Below, piece after piece: positions 9,992 through 19,180 of a stretch of 64,000 nucleotides of DNA. Under the pieces are notes generated by a model. That model did no database searches. It saw only the letters and a program-made list of their open reading frames with translations, and was not told where the DNA came from. Each line of letters begins with the position of its first letter. The stretch's first letter is position 1. Origin of the DNA: an uncultured cyanobacterium (GTDB lineage Bacteria; Cyanobacteriota; Cyanobacteriia; Cyanobacteriales; Nostocaceae); NCBI GenBank assembly GCA_963706595.1, contig OY970166.1:416001-480000 (forward strand), in the 5' to 3' direction. A program made the position numbers and the translations under genes.

Positions 9992-10624
9992 ATGAAAACC
10001 GGGATATATTTAATATCAAACTCAGACAGAGGCATGGGTTACATTGGTAGTAGCCAGAACATAGATAAACGCTGGGGTCAGCACAAAAGCTTTTTAAACC
10101 TGGATAAACACCACTGCAAGGCACTACAGGCGGCTTGGAACTATTATGGTAGGTCTGCGTTTCAGTTGGTAGTTCTAGAACTCTGCGAGGTTACAGAGTT
10201 GGCAGGGTTAGAGCAGATATATCTCAATACTGCGAACTGGGCAACTCTGTACAATACCTCCCGATGTACAGATTCACCTATGAGAGGGTTAAAAGGGCAT
10301 AAATGGACTGAGGAAGAGAAAAAGCGACTTTCAGAGATGTTTAGAGGTGAACTTAACCCCATGTACGGCATAAAGGGCGATTTACACCCCTCGTCCAAAA
10401 TACGGGGTCAACTACATCCCGGATATGGCAAACCTAGACCGCCTGAATCCGTCGCCAAAAGACATCGCAAATATGTCGTAACTTCCCCAGGTGGCGAGGT
10501 GTTCCAAGTATCTGGCTTACGTCCTTTCTGTGTTACCCACGCCCTAAACCAAGGAAATTTAACTAAAGTTGCACAGGGTAAACGCAAGACATACAAAGGC
10601 TGGAATTGCCAATATTTAGACTAG
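9992..10624 (+). CDS. Free-standing GIY-YIG homing-type endonuclease with NUMOD-like DNA-binding repeats
   Basis: GIYLI...YIGSS...KRWGQH and catalytic EQ.Y. Middle region HKWTEEEKKRLSEM..GELNPMYG and GxLHP repeats; C-terminal ...RKTYKGW module. Own promoter TTAACT-N17-TATGAT at 9938-9966. Confidence 0.88.
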   Translation: MKTGIYLISNSDRGMGYIGSSQNIDKRWGQHKSFLNLDKHHCKALQAAWNYYGRSAFQLVVLELCEVTELAGLEQIYLNTANWATLYNTSRCTDSPMRGLKGHKWTEEEKKRLSEMFRGELNPMYGIKGDLHPSSKIRGQLHPGYGKPRPPESVAKRHRKYVVTSPGGEVFQVSGLRPFCVTHALNQGNLTKVAQGKRKTYKGWNCQYLD

Positions 10625-10773
10625 GTTGACATCATCGTTAAAGGTGCTAGAGTATTGCAAATATCTGAAAGTCAAGTCATTATTTTGTAACCAGATAAAA
10701 ACCTTGATATTTTGAATACTGCCATAAATTGCGCGATCGCCAAAAGCAAGGCGTAGCTAATCATATTTTATAC

Positions 10774-10980
10774 TTAATGTCTCAGTAAAAATCTATCCGT
10801 ACTGACGAGAACCACAATTAATATCACTAGCTGAAATTGCCAAGGGGCTAATACTAAACTCAAAATTAAACTGATAATTGTAAATAAACTAATCAGATAA
10901 GCTATTTCCCCATCACATTTTTTCGATACATAGTCGGTAGCTAAAGCGGTACAGAGGGGAATCAAAAAAGACAAATGCAT
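10774..10980 (-). CDS. Small hypothetical membrane protein
   Basis: MHLSFLIPL...LSLVLAPWQFQL, hydrophobic, RBS GAGGATAGG upstream. Confidence 0.65.
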   Translation of the reverse strand: MHLSFLIPLCTALATDYVSKKCDGEIAYLISLFTIISLILSLVLAPWQFQLVILIVVLVSTDRFLLRH

Positions 10981-11121
10981 TTTTCCTATCCTCGTAACTA
11001 AAATTTCAAAATAGATCAAAGCAGATGAACACTGTGTTTATTTATAATTGTGGTTGATTCTAGCAAAAAACTGGGGCATCACGACTCACACCGAATAGCG
11101 ATCGCCACATCATCGAATTTA

Positions 11122-13872
11122 TTAACTATCTTTTTTCTTGCTTCGCTTTTTCTTCTCAACTTTGAGCAATGGCGTACTCAGTGCTTCATAGAGGCTAAAT
11201 AAATATTCGATGCGATTTAGTTCGCTAACAAAAGGCTGGGGACGATAGCAAAGGTCTACGGCTTTGTCTAGGGCTTTATGTGCTTTTACCAAGTCGGGCG
11301 GCATGGTGAGAGGATCGTAAAGATCAGCGAGACTGCTATCGGGATATTTTGCTCTTGTGTCTAATACTGCTTGTGCGGCGGTTTCGATTTTTTGCTTTTG
11401 TTTGTCGCTGACATTTTCAGGGAATGGATAATTGTTGTAAACGATTGTGTTTGAATAGCGAAAACGACTTTCTAATCTTCCACAAACATACTTAACCCAA
11501 GTCATGTGCATTTCTGAAGTGAGAATACCAAATAGATATAGAGTTGCATTAGGTAAACCAAATGCAAGATTACTAACGATTGTATCTTTACTCAGAAACC
11601 CTATTGGAATATATTTTCGATTTTCAGAAGAAACACTTGGAATTAATAAGTAATCAGAATTAGGCTGTCTATTCTCAGTAAATAATGTTGGAAATTCTGC
11701 CCATTTTATTGTTGAGGTCTTTGTACTAGCTAACCTCATTTTTTTTACTAATTCTACTTTTTTTAATAAGTGAGGAAGTTTCTTAAGTTCTTCTGGTTTA
11801 ATAGTTATTAGCCAGAAGCACCAACGATAGACGTTATTGATAAATTCCTCTGAACCAACAAATCTTCTAATAAACTTTTCTGCTTTTGGCTCTTTTTGCA
11901 AAAAAAGATTCTTTTCTTCATCTGAAAGCAGTAAATTTCCTCCATCTGTAGGTTGGCTACCTTTGACCATTTCAGGCACATTAGAAATTGGCTTAACTCT
12001 TTTTAAAATGATTAGATCATTTCCTTCGGTCAAGTATGGATTAATATTTTTCGCTTTTCTCTCTGTTGATTCACCTTTAATATTTATATACTCAAAGAGC
12101 CTCTTATTTTCAATATCTTGCAACCCAAAGCCAATAATCACACAATGTACAGCCGCATTACCTTTTGCCTCATTACTCCAACTAAAAGTACGATGGGCAA
12201 AATGAATCTTGATTTTATATTTACTATAAAGTTCTTGCCAAAGAATCCCAACTTGCTCACCTTGAGAAATTGAACTTGTACTAACAAAAGCACAACGAAT
12301 ATCAGTATTTTGAATAGTCTGACTTGCTCTAATATACCAAGCAGTTACATAGTCTAATAAACCTGAACTTTTTACATTCCCAAAAACACTTTGCATATCA
12401 GACTTCTGTTGTGAATCTTGGTATGTTTTACCGACAAATGGAGGATTACCCAAAATAAAATTTAACTTCTCTTTTGCAACAACAGACTCCCAATCAATCC
12501 GCAACGAATTACCATGCACAATCTTCGCGGATTTCTTCAAAGGCAACCGCACAAAATACTGTCCAAACTCATTACTCACCTTCACATTCATCTGATGATC
12601 AATTAACCACATCGCCACTTCAGCCACCCGCACCGCAAACTCATCATACTCAATCCCCGCAAACTGATCGACATCCACCTGAATAAACAACCGGACATCA
12701 AGGAAACTTTTGTGCTTCCTATACAATTCTTTTAAAATTTCAAGCTCTAAATCTCGCAACTCTCGATAAGTGATAATTAAGAAATTGCCACAACCACAAG
12801 CAGGATCGAGAAAATGTAAATTTGCAATCTTTTTATGTAATGCTTCTAATTTTCCCTTACTACCCTTAGCCTTCTCAAATTCAATATAAAGATCATCCAA
12901 AAAAAGCGGCTTAATCAACTTTTGAATATTCTTCTCAGAGGTGTAATGCGCCCCTAAATTGCGCCGTTCCGTCTGATTCATCACCGCCTGAAACATTGAT
13001 CCAAAAATTGCAGGAGAAATTTTACCCCAATCAAAGGCACAAGCCTTTAACAACATTTCACGCATCTGCTTATCAAAAGCAGCAGGTTGTACAGTCTCTT
13101 CAAATAACTTCCCATTTACATAGGGAAACTGTACTGAATTCTCATCTAAATTTTTGAACCGCTTCTCGTTTGGGGTATTTAAAGTATGGAAAATCCAAGC
13201 AATGTGCATCGCCAAATCACTGCCATCTTCCTTCGTATGCAAATCAATATATTCCCAAAAAATCCCCTTATTAAAAATGCCTGTATCATCAGCAAACATA
13301 CAGAACAATAGCCGCACTAGATATACTTCTAGATCATGCCCTATGTAACCAATTTCTTTGAGGCGATCATGCAGATCCCCCATCAATTCAGCCGCCGCAA
13401 TATTGACAGGATCTTCATCCTTATAAACCCTTTTTTCATATCCCGCTATAAAGCCGAATAGATGCACATGATTTACAAAATCTTGTAGCTCAAACTCTTT
13501 GGTTTCGTTCGTATCTAAATCATAAAGCCTGAATTTTTGGAAATCCGACACCAAAATATATTTCGGTAACTCATGCTCCTTTAAATTTGGAAAATAATCT
13601 TTTGCTTGTTGTGTAGCCTTATCTAAGTCCTTGCCCCTAGACTTATGCTCCACCAAAATCATTCCTTTCCACAAAAGATCGATAAAACCCTGTTTATTGT
13701 CCGCCTTTTTGATTGGTAACTCAAAACTCCCCACTCGCCGCCGTGAAATGCCAAACACATTAAAAAAGTCATTCCAGAAGGATTGCGACTCTGACTTCTC
13801 TGAAGTTTCACTTTCCCATTCCTTAGAAAAAGCGATCGCCCTTTGCTTAATTTCATTCCAACTTAGAGGCAT
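11122..13872 (-). CDS. MmeI-like Type IIL/IIG restriction-modification fusion enzyme
   Basis: N-terminal PD-(D/E)XK (FIDLLW..VEHKS), GAHYT, LDPACGCGNFL, GNPPF (m6A), C-terminal TRD and LADLYDP tail. Confidence 0.92.
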   Translation of the reverse strand: MPLSWNEIKQRAIAFSKEWESETSEKSESQSFWNDFFNVFGISRRRVGSFELPIKKADNKQGFIDLLWKGMILVEHKSRGKDLDKATQQAKDYFPNLKEHELPKYILVSDFQKFRLYDLDTNETKEFELQDFVNHVHLFGFIAGYEKRVYKDEDPVNIAAAELMGDLHDRLKEIGYIGHDLEVYLVRLLFCMFADDTGIFNKGIFWEYIDLHTKEDGSDLAMHIAWIFHTLNTPNEKRFKNLDENSVQFPYVNGKLFEETVQPAAFDKQMREMLLKACAFDWGKISPAIFGSMFQAVMNQTERRNLGAHYTSEKNIQKLIKPLFLDDLYIEFEKAKGSKGKLEALHKKIANLHFLDPACGCGNFLIITYRELRDLELEILKELYRKHKSFLDVRLFIQVDVDQFAGIEYDEFAVRVAEVAMWLIDHQMNVKVSNEFGQYFVRLPLKKSAKIVHGNSLRIDWESVVAKEKLNFILGNPPFVGKTYQDSQQKSDMQSVFGNVKSSGLLDYVTAWYIRASQTIQNTDIRCAFVSTSSISQGEQVGILWQELYSKYKIKIHFAHRTFSWSNEAKGNAAVHCVIIGFGLQDIENKRLFEYINIKGESTERKAKNINPYLTEGNDLIILKRVKPISNVPEMVKGSQPTDGGNLLLSDEEKNLFLQKEPKAEKFIRRFVGSEEFINNVYRWCFWLITIKPEELKKLPHLLKKVELVKKMRLASTKTSTIKWAEFPTLFTENRQPNSDYLLIPSVSSENRKYIPIGFLSKDTIVSNLAFGLPNATLYLFGILTSEMHMTWVKYVCGRLESRFRYSNTIVYNNYPFPENVSDKQKQKIETAAQAVLDTRAKYPDSSLADLYDPLTMPPDLVKAHKALDKAVDLCYRPQPFVSELNRIEYLFSLYEALSTPLLKVEKKKRSKKKDS

Positions 13873-14085
13873 ATCTGTAAATATTAAGGTATAATTTTAG
13901 ACAATCTTTATAATATCATTCAGTTCCTAAAAGTAGTGCGATCTTGTAGGGTGCGTTCCCTAGTGCAACTTCTTCTACTCAGACAATAGATTATTGGGAA
14001 CGCAGATAAATATCTTGGAGTAAAATACTGAGCAGACGATCTAGCATATTACATTTAGAAGGAACTTTTTTAAATTAAACACCCG

Positions 14086-16245
14086 ATGCTGAATATTCCT
14101 CAACTACTGGCGACTGAATTAAACCTCAAACCTCATCAAATCGAAAACGCGTTAGAACTTTTAGCCGAAGGTGCGACGGTTCCCTTTATTGCACGTTACC
14201 GCAAAGAGCGCACTGGCGAAATGAATGAAGTCCAACTGCGTGACTTGTTTGAGCGCTATGCTTATTTAACAGAGTTGCAAGAACGGAAAACGGTAATTTT
14301 AAATGCGATCGCGGAACAAGGTAAACTCACAGATGAACTCAAAGCCAAAATTACCGCCTGTTTACAAAAAACTGAACTCGAAGATTTATATCTCCCCTAT
14401 CGACCAAAACGCCGTACCCGCGCCACCATAGCCAGAGAAAAAGGTTTGGAACCCTTAGCAAATTTCATCAAGTCGCTAAATGTCCCAAATGCTGCAACAG
14501 CCTCGCTGGAAGAGGAAGCAGCAAAGTATGTTTCTGAGAATCAGGGAGTTAAAACAGCACAAGAAGCGCTCAAAGGTGCTGGGGATATTTTAGCAGAAGA
14601 AGTAGCAGAAAAAGCCGAATTGCGTGCATATCTGCGTGATTACTTCCTAGCTGAGGGGGTATTTGTCTCTGATATCAAAAAGGAGCATCCCGAAGGTACA
14701 ACCAAGTTTGAGATGTACCGCAACTATCAAATTCGGGTGAGAAATATTGCACCTCATAATCTGCTGGCGTTGTGTCGCGGTGAAGCGGAGGGAGTGTTAA
14801 ACTATGAAGTTACTTTTGATGAAGATTTGGTACTTGATTATTTAGAATCAAAGGTAATTAAGGCGAAAGTGCGGATAATTCGTGATTTTTATCAGGGGAT
14901 GCTCAAAGACGCATTTAATCGGCTGATGAAAACTTCCATTATCGGTGAGGTGATTTCTCAGAAAAAAACCTACGCTGATATGGAATCTATTAAAACCTTT
15001 GAAGCAAATCTGCGAGAATTACTCTTATCTGCACCAGCCGGAATGAAACCGACATTAGCTATAGACCCAGGGTTTAGAACTGGGTGTAAAGTGGCGGTAC
15101 TCGACCAAACAGGACAATTTTTAGAATATCAGGCGGTGTTTCCTCACCAAGCGGCTGAACAACGCGCCAAAGCTGCACAAACTATCAAAAATTTGATTGA
15201 GAAATATCAGATTTCCTTAATTGCAATTGGTAACGGTACAGCTTCCCGTGAGACAGATGAGTTTGTAACGCAGATATTACAAGCCATCGACCGCAAACCG
15301 GTTAAAGTCATGGTAAATGAGTCTGGCGCATCGATATATTCTGCGAGTAAAGTGGCGTTAGAAGAGTTTCCCCACTTAGATATTACCGTGCGTGGTGCGA
15401 TTAGTATCGGTCGCCGTTTACAAGATCCTCTAGCGGAATTGGTGAAAATTGACCCGAAATCTATCGGTGTGGGACAATATCAGCATGACGTTGACCAAAA
15501 GTTGCTGAAAAAGAAGCTAGATGAGACTGTAGAAAGTTGCGTGAATTACGTCGGTGTGGACTTAAACACGGCTTCTAAGGAACTTTTGACCTTTGTTTCG
15601 GGAATTACGGCTACGGTGGCTAATAACATTGTTGCTTATCGGAATGAGCATGGAGTTTTTAAGAACCGCCGACAATTGTTAAAAGTGGCTAAATTGGGGC
15701 CGAAGGCGTTTGAACAAGCGGCGGGTTTTCTGCGAATTCGTGGCGGTGATAACCCTTTAGATAATACAGCAGTGCATCCCGAAAGTTATGCTCTCGTGCA
15801 GGCGATCGCAGCTGATTTAGATGTATCCTTAAATCAAGTCACCGAAATAGCCGAAAAACTCAAAAAAACCAACCTCAAAAAATACGTCACCGATAGCATA
15901 GGCGAACCCACACTGCGCGACATCATCAGCGAACTAGACAAACCAGGAAGAGACCCCCGTGCAGAATTTAAATATGCCACATTTAGAGAAGGAATCAAAG
16001 AAATTAGAGATTTAGAAGTAGGAATGGAATTAGAAGGAATTGTCACAAACGTAGCTAACTTTGGTGCATTTGTAGATATTGGCGTACATCAAGATGGCTT
16101 AGTACATATATCCCAACTAGCTGATAGATTCGTAGATGATCCTCAAAAAATTGTTAAAGTTGGACAAGTTGTAAAAATCCGAGTGTTAGAAATTAACGAA
16201 AAATTGAAACGAATTAGTTTATCAATGAAAGCCGTAAAACAATAA
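14086..16245 (+). CDS. tex: Tex family RNA-binding transcriptional accessory protein
   Basis: TVPFIARYRKE, DPGFRTGCK, HhH motifs, C-terminal S1 domain. Confidence 0.95.
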   Translation: MLNIPQLLATELNLKPHQIENALELLAEGATVPFIARYRKERTGEMNEVQLRDLFERYAYLTELQERKTVILNAIAEQGKLTDELKAKITACLQKTELEDLYLPYRPKRRTRATIAREKGLEPLANFIKSLNVPNAATASLEEEAAKYVSENQGVKTAQEALKGAGDILAEEVAEKAELRAYLRDYFLAEGVFVSDIKKEHPEGTTKFEMYRNYQIRVRNIAPHNLLALCRGEAEGVLNYEVTFDEDLVLDYLESKVIKAKVRIIRDFYQGMLKDAFNRLMKTSIIGEVISQKKTYADMESIKTFEANLRELLLSAPAGMKPTLAIDPGFRTGCKVAVLDQTGQFLEYQAVFPHQAAEQRAKAAQTIKNLIEKYQISLIAIGNGTASRETDEFVTQILQAIDRKPVKVMVNESGASIYSASKVALEEFPHLDITVRGAISIGRRLQDPLAELVKIDPKSIGVGQYQHDVDQKLLKKKLDETVESCVNYVGVDLNTASKELLTFVSGITATVANNIVAYRNEHGVFKNRRQLLKVAKLGPKAFEQAAGFLRIRGGDNPLDNTAVHPESYALVQAIAADLDVSLNQVTEIAEKLKKTNLKKYVTDSIGEPTLRDIISELDKPGRDPRAEFKYATFREGIKEIRDLEVGMELEGIVTNVANFGAFVDIGVHQDGLVHISQLADRFVDDPQKIVKVGQVVKIRVLEINEKLKRISLSMKAVKQ

Positions 16246-16272
16246 CAGAACTTTTCTATCTGAGTGGTAATA

Positions 16273-16376
16273 TATAGCGTTTCCTAGTTTAGTGAGGTAT
16301 AAGAACCCCACCCCCAACCCCCTCCGGTGCAAGCGAGGAGGGGGCTATGATATTTATATGATTAGGAAAGGCTATA
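16273..16376. mobile_element. MITE with CCCCAACCCC..GGAGGGG hairpin repeat
   Basis: TIRs TATAGCGTTTCCTA / TAGGAAAGGCTATA. The inner hairpin also occurs near 16647, 21830, 21990, 37000 and 61342. Confidence 0.7.
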
Positions 16377-16746
16377 GCAATCCTCAATCAGAGATAAACA
16401 ATTCTCTGTTTTCTCTTCCTCTGTGGTCTCTGCGCCTCTGTGGTTCGTTAAAGATCCGGAATACCTTAAGCAAGGAGAGCGAACACAAATTAAATAAGAT
16501 TACCATAGCATGAATTTAATTAACCACCAAGACAGCAAGAAATAAATATTAAACCCAAAAACAAACCAAACCTGTGCTTTATCGCAACCGCCGAAGTCGT
16601 TAGGGTATGGGAACAGCAAGTCTTTTATTTTTGACTTTTGCTATATCTCCCCTCCTCGCTTGCGGGGAGGGGCTGGGGGTGGGGTCTAATTATTTGAGTA
16701 ATCGTAATTACAGACTGGAAACAATCAGCCCAATGGTATAACCAAA

Positions 16747-16791
16747 ATCTATCTTTCAAGAGATGTAAAATCCCAGGATTTATTTAAAAAT
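16747..16791 (+). promoter_or_regulatory. Promoter with the array-type motif
   Basis: CTATCTTTCAAGAGATGT-N19-AAAAAT, same spacing as the sRNA cassette promoters. Confidence 0.5.
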
Positions 16792-16832
16792 AGTAAAAGA
16801 CTCGTAAAGAATCTATTTGTTATTTTTAGTAG

Positions 16833-17243
16833 GTGAACACCATGTTAGGAACATTTTTAACTGCCATAGCTACAGCTTTGAGCTTGTTAATTGTCGATTT
16901 AGTTGTACCTGGTGTCAACATTGCTAATTTTCCAGCAGCCATGATTGCGGCTTTAGTAATTGGGTTGATTAACGGTTCAGTGAAACCAGTGCTTTCTGCT
17001 CTTTCTTTACCGCTTAACTTCGTGACATTAGGGGCATTTTCGCTAATAATTAACGGTTTTTGTTTTTGGTTAGCAGCAGTACTGGTTCCTGGGTTCGCAG
17101 TTCGTGGACTTATAGCATTTCTATTGGGTCCAGTGATTCTATCTTTTGCTAGCACCTTCATTAACAATTATTTTGCCGAAAAAAACCCTGCTTTAAACAG
17201 CAGTGGTGACGTAAATACCCAAGGTGAATTACCTTCCAGATAG
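16833..17243 (+). CDS. YvlD-like / phage holin superfamily IV membrane protein
   Basis: Four hydrophobic segments with GLING.VKP.L..LSLPL..VTLG.F motif. Confidence 0.85.
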   Translation: MNTMLGTFLTAIATALSLLIVDLVVPGVNIANFPAAMIAALVIGLINGSVKPVLSALSLPLNFVTLGAFSLIINGFCFWLAAVLVPGFAVRGLIAFLLGPVILSFASTFINNYFAEKNPALNSSGDVNTQGELPSR

Positions 17244-17312
17244 ATATTAAGTAGCTGAATTATCTTAATTCAGCATTCTCACAAAAACGTAATTAAACAA
17301 AATCACAAAATC

Positions 17313-17504
17313 ATGAAAATAGTGCGTTTACTTTTAGGTTTAGTTTTGCCTCCTTTAGGTGTATTTCTCACCGTGGGCGCTGGTCCAACTTTGTTGATTA
17401 ACATTTTACTGACACTTTTAGGTTGGCTTCCCGGTAGCATCCACGCAGTTTGGGTAATTGCTAAACATGAAGAACAAATGAATACAGAAAGAGGTAGTTA
17501 CTAA
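17313..17504 (+). CDS. YqaE/Pmp3 family membrane proteolipid
   Basis: LPPLGVFL...NILLTLLGWLPGSIHA. Confidence 0.9.
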   Translation: MKIVRLLLGLVLPPLGVFLTVGAGPTLLINILLTLLGWLPGSIHAVWVIAKHEEQMNTERGSY

Positions 17505-17604
17505 AATTGTCTAGGTAAATAAAGTTTGTAGTGAGGACTTTAGTCCTCTAAAAAAAAGGTAAAACCCTTACTACAAGCTTATTTAACTTTTCCCTAGAAC
17601 ACAC

Positions 17605-18405
17605 CTACTTCTTAGTAAGTTCCTGATGTTTATCAGCAGGTTCTTTCTCTTTGAACATATCAGCCGTTGATAGCAGCAACTCCCGTAAAGTTTGTTTAAT
17701 TTGACGCTCTTTTCTAGCTATAGCCGAACCAGCTTCACCTAGTTTATCTTCTAGTTGCGATCGCTTCTCGTCTACTTGTGTCGCCACAGCTTCAGCTTGT
17801 GGACGAGCTTGATCATACCAGTGTTTTGCCTCATCGATATAATCCTTCACTTCACCGTCCCGTCCGCCGTAACGCGCCGCCAAATTCGCTCTGACAATAG
17901 AGAGTTGCGCTTGTAATTGAGCGTAACGTTTCTTTAACAAAGAAACCTCTTCACTATCCCTAATAGCATTAATCGCAGAGGCGATCGCATTTTTAGTCGC
18001 ATCAGTTTCGCCCTTGCCAGTATCTTCAATTTCTGCTAAAATACCATCAACTTCCTGCTGAATTTGTTCCTCTTCATTATCCAATTGAGCTTGTAGCTTT
18101 TTCAGTTCCGCCTGAGTTTGGACTATAGAGTTGTGTCTTTTACTGTTAACACCTTCCAGCGCCCCTTCAATTGAAGCAGTCACCTCTTCTCTGATTTCCG
18201 CACCCTTGTCTTGAAAGTTTTCAATCACAGCAGAAACCGCATCTTTTACCAGATAACGAATATCACTAGAACCTGCTTTCAACTCCGAACTTAGCTGGGA
18301 AACAGCAGACTTAACAATTTCGCGAATGCGCTCAGTTCTTAACTGTCCAGTTTCTTTAACCTGTTGCAAGTCAGTTTGAATTTGCTCTTTAATATTGTTA
18401 GGCAT
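17605..18405 (-). CDS. Coiled-coil hydrophilic hypothetical protein
   Basis: 266-aa helical E/K/Q/A-rich ORF with RBS AGGAAAGG. Confidence 0.8.
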   Translation of the reverse strand: MPNNIKEQIQTDLQQVKETGQLRTERIREIVKSAVSQLSSELKAGSSDIRYLVKDAVSAVIENFQDKGAEIREEVTASIEGALEGVNSKRHNSIVQTQAELKKLQAQLDNEEEQIQQEVDGILAEIEDTGKGETDATKNAIASAINAIRDSEEVSLLKKRYAQLQAQLSIVRANLAARYGGRDGEVKDYIDEAKHWYDQARPQAEAVATQVDEKRSQLEDKLGEAGSAIARKERQIKQTLRELLLSTADMFKEKEPADKHQELTKK

Positions 18406-18465
18406 TTTTAACCTTTCCTATTTAGCTAATGGGATAAAATTTTCCAGACATTATCTTCCATCTAC

Positions 18466-18510
18466 ATTATGATAGAGGGTTTGAGAAATAGACACCTCCT
18501 ATAGATAGAA
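18466..18510 (-). promoter_or_regulatory. Promoter with the array-type motif
   Basis: CTATCTATAGGAGGTGTC-N19-CATAAT on the minus strand. Confidence 0.55.
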
Positions 18511-18802
18511 AAGCGAGATAATTCCCTATTACAGCAGATGACTTCTTTCATTTGAGTTAAATAGACAAAGGCGGGCAGGATGCTCACCCCACAAGATTTA
18601 CAATTTAAAACATAGGACTCCTATTTGATTTCTGTTGGCGTAGCCTGCGCTTTGCGCTTACAACTCAATACAACTCAAAATGGCTTTTTCCCACTCCCCA
18701 CCTACGCAAGCTATCAAAAATCAAAGCGGATTACTATATCTAAAAACTTGGTGTACCCTTTGTGAGATAATCAGTATTAATAGCTAGTAAACGAGATCAA
18801 TT

Positions 18803-19027
18803 ATGTGGCGGGTTAATGTGACTTGTTCCGGTGATGCTTGGAAACAACACGGTGCTAACTTCAAATCGATGTCAGACAAGTATCAAGGCGAGTGTATTTC
18901 TTCCAAGAAAATGCCAGATGGCACGCGGATTATGGGATATAAAATCGAAGATGTCAGCGATGCTGAGGCTTTTCAAGAAGACTGTGCAAACTTGTCTGGA
19001 TTTACCGCCGACTTTGAAGCTTTGTAA
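18803..19027 (+). CDS. Small hypothetical protein
   Basis: 74-aa ORF with ATG start and plausible composition, upstream of leuS. Confidence 0.65.
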   Translation: MWRVNVTCSGDAWKQHGANFKSMSDKYQGECISSKKMPDGTRIMGYKIEDVSDAEAFQEDCANLSGFTADFEAL

Positions 19028-19180
19028 CTTAGCTGTCACATTAGTATCAAGAGTTATTAACTGGGATAATTCACAGGGTTTGAACCTACCCACAGGAAAT
19101 ATTGTTTTTGATCAACTCAATACAGTATCTAGCATCTACAATATGTAAGCAGACACGATTACAGTCCCGTAGGAGAATTT

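Noticed and set aside
16833..17243. Prophage suggested by the holin-family gene
   Set aside because: No other phage genes nearby; YvlD-like proteins are common chromosomal membrane proteins.
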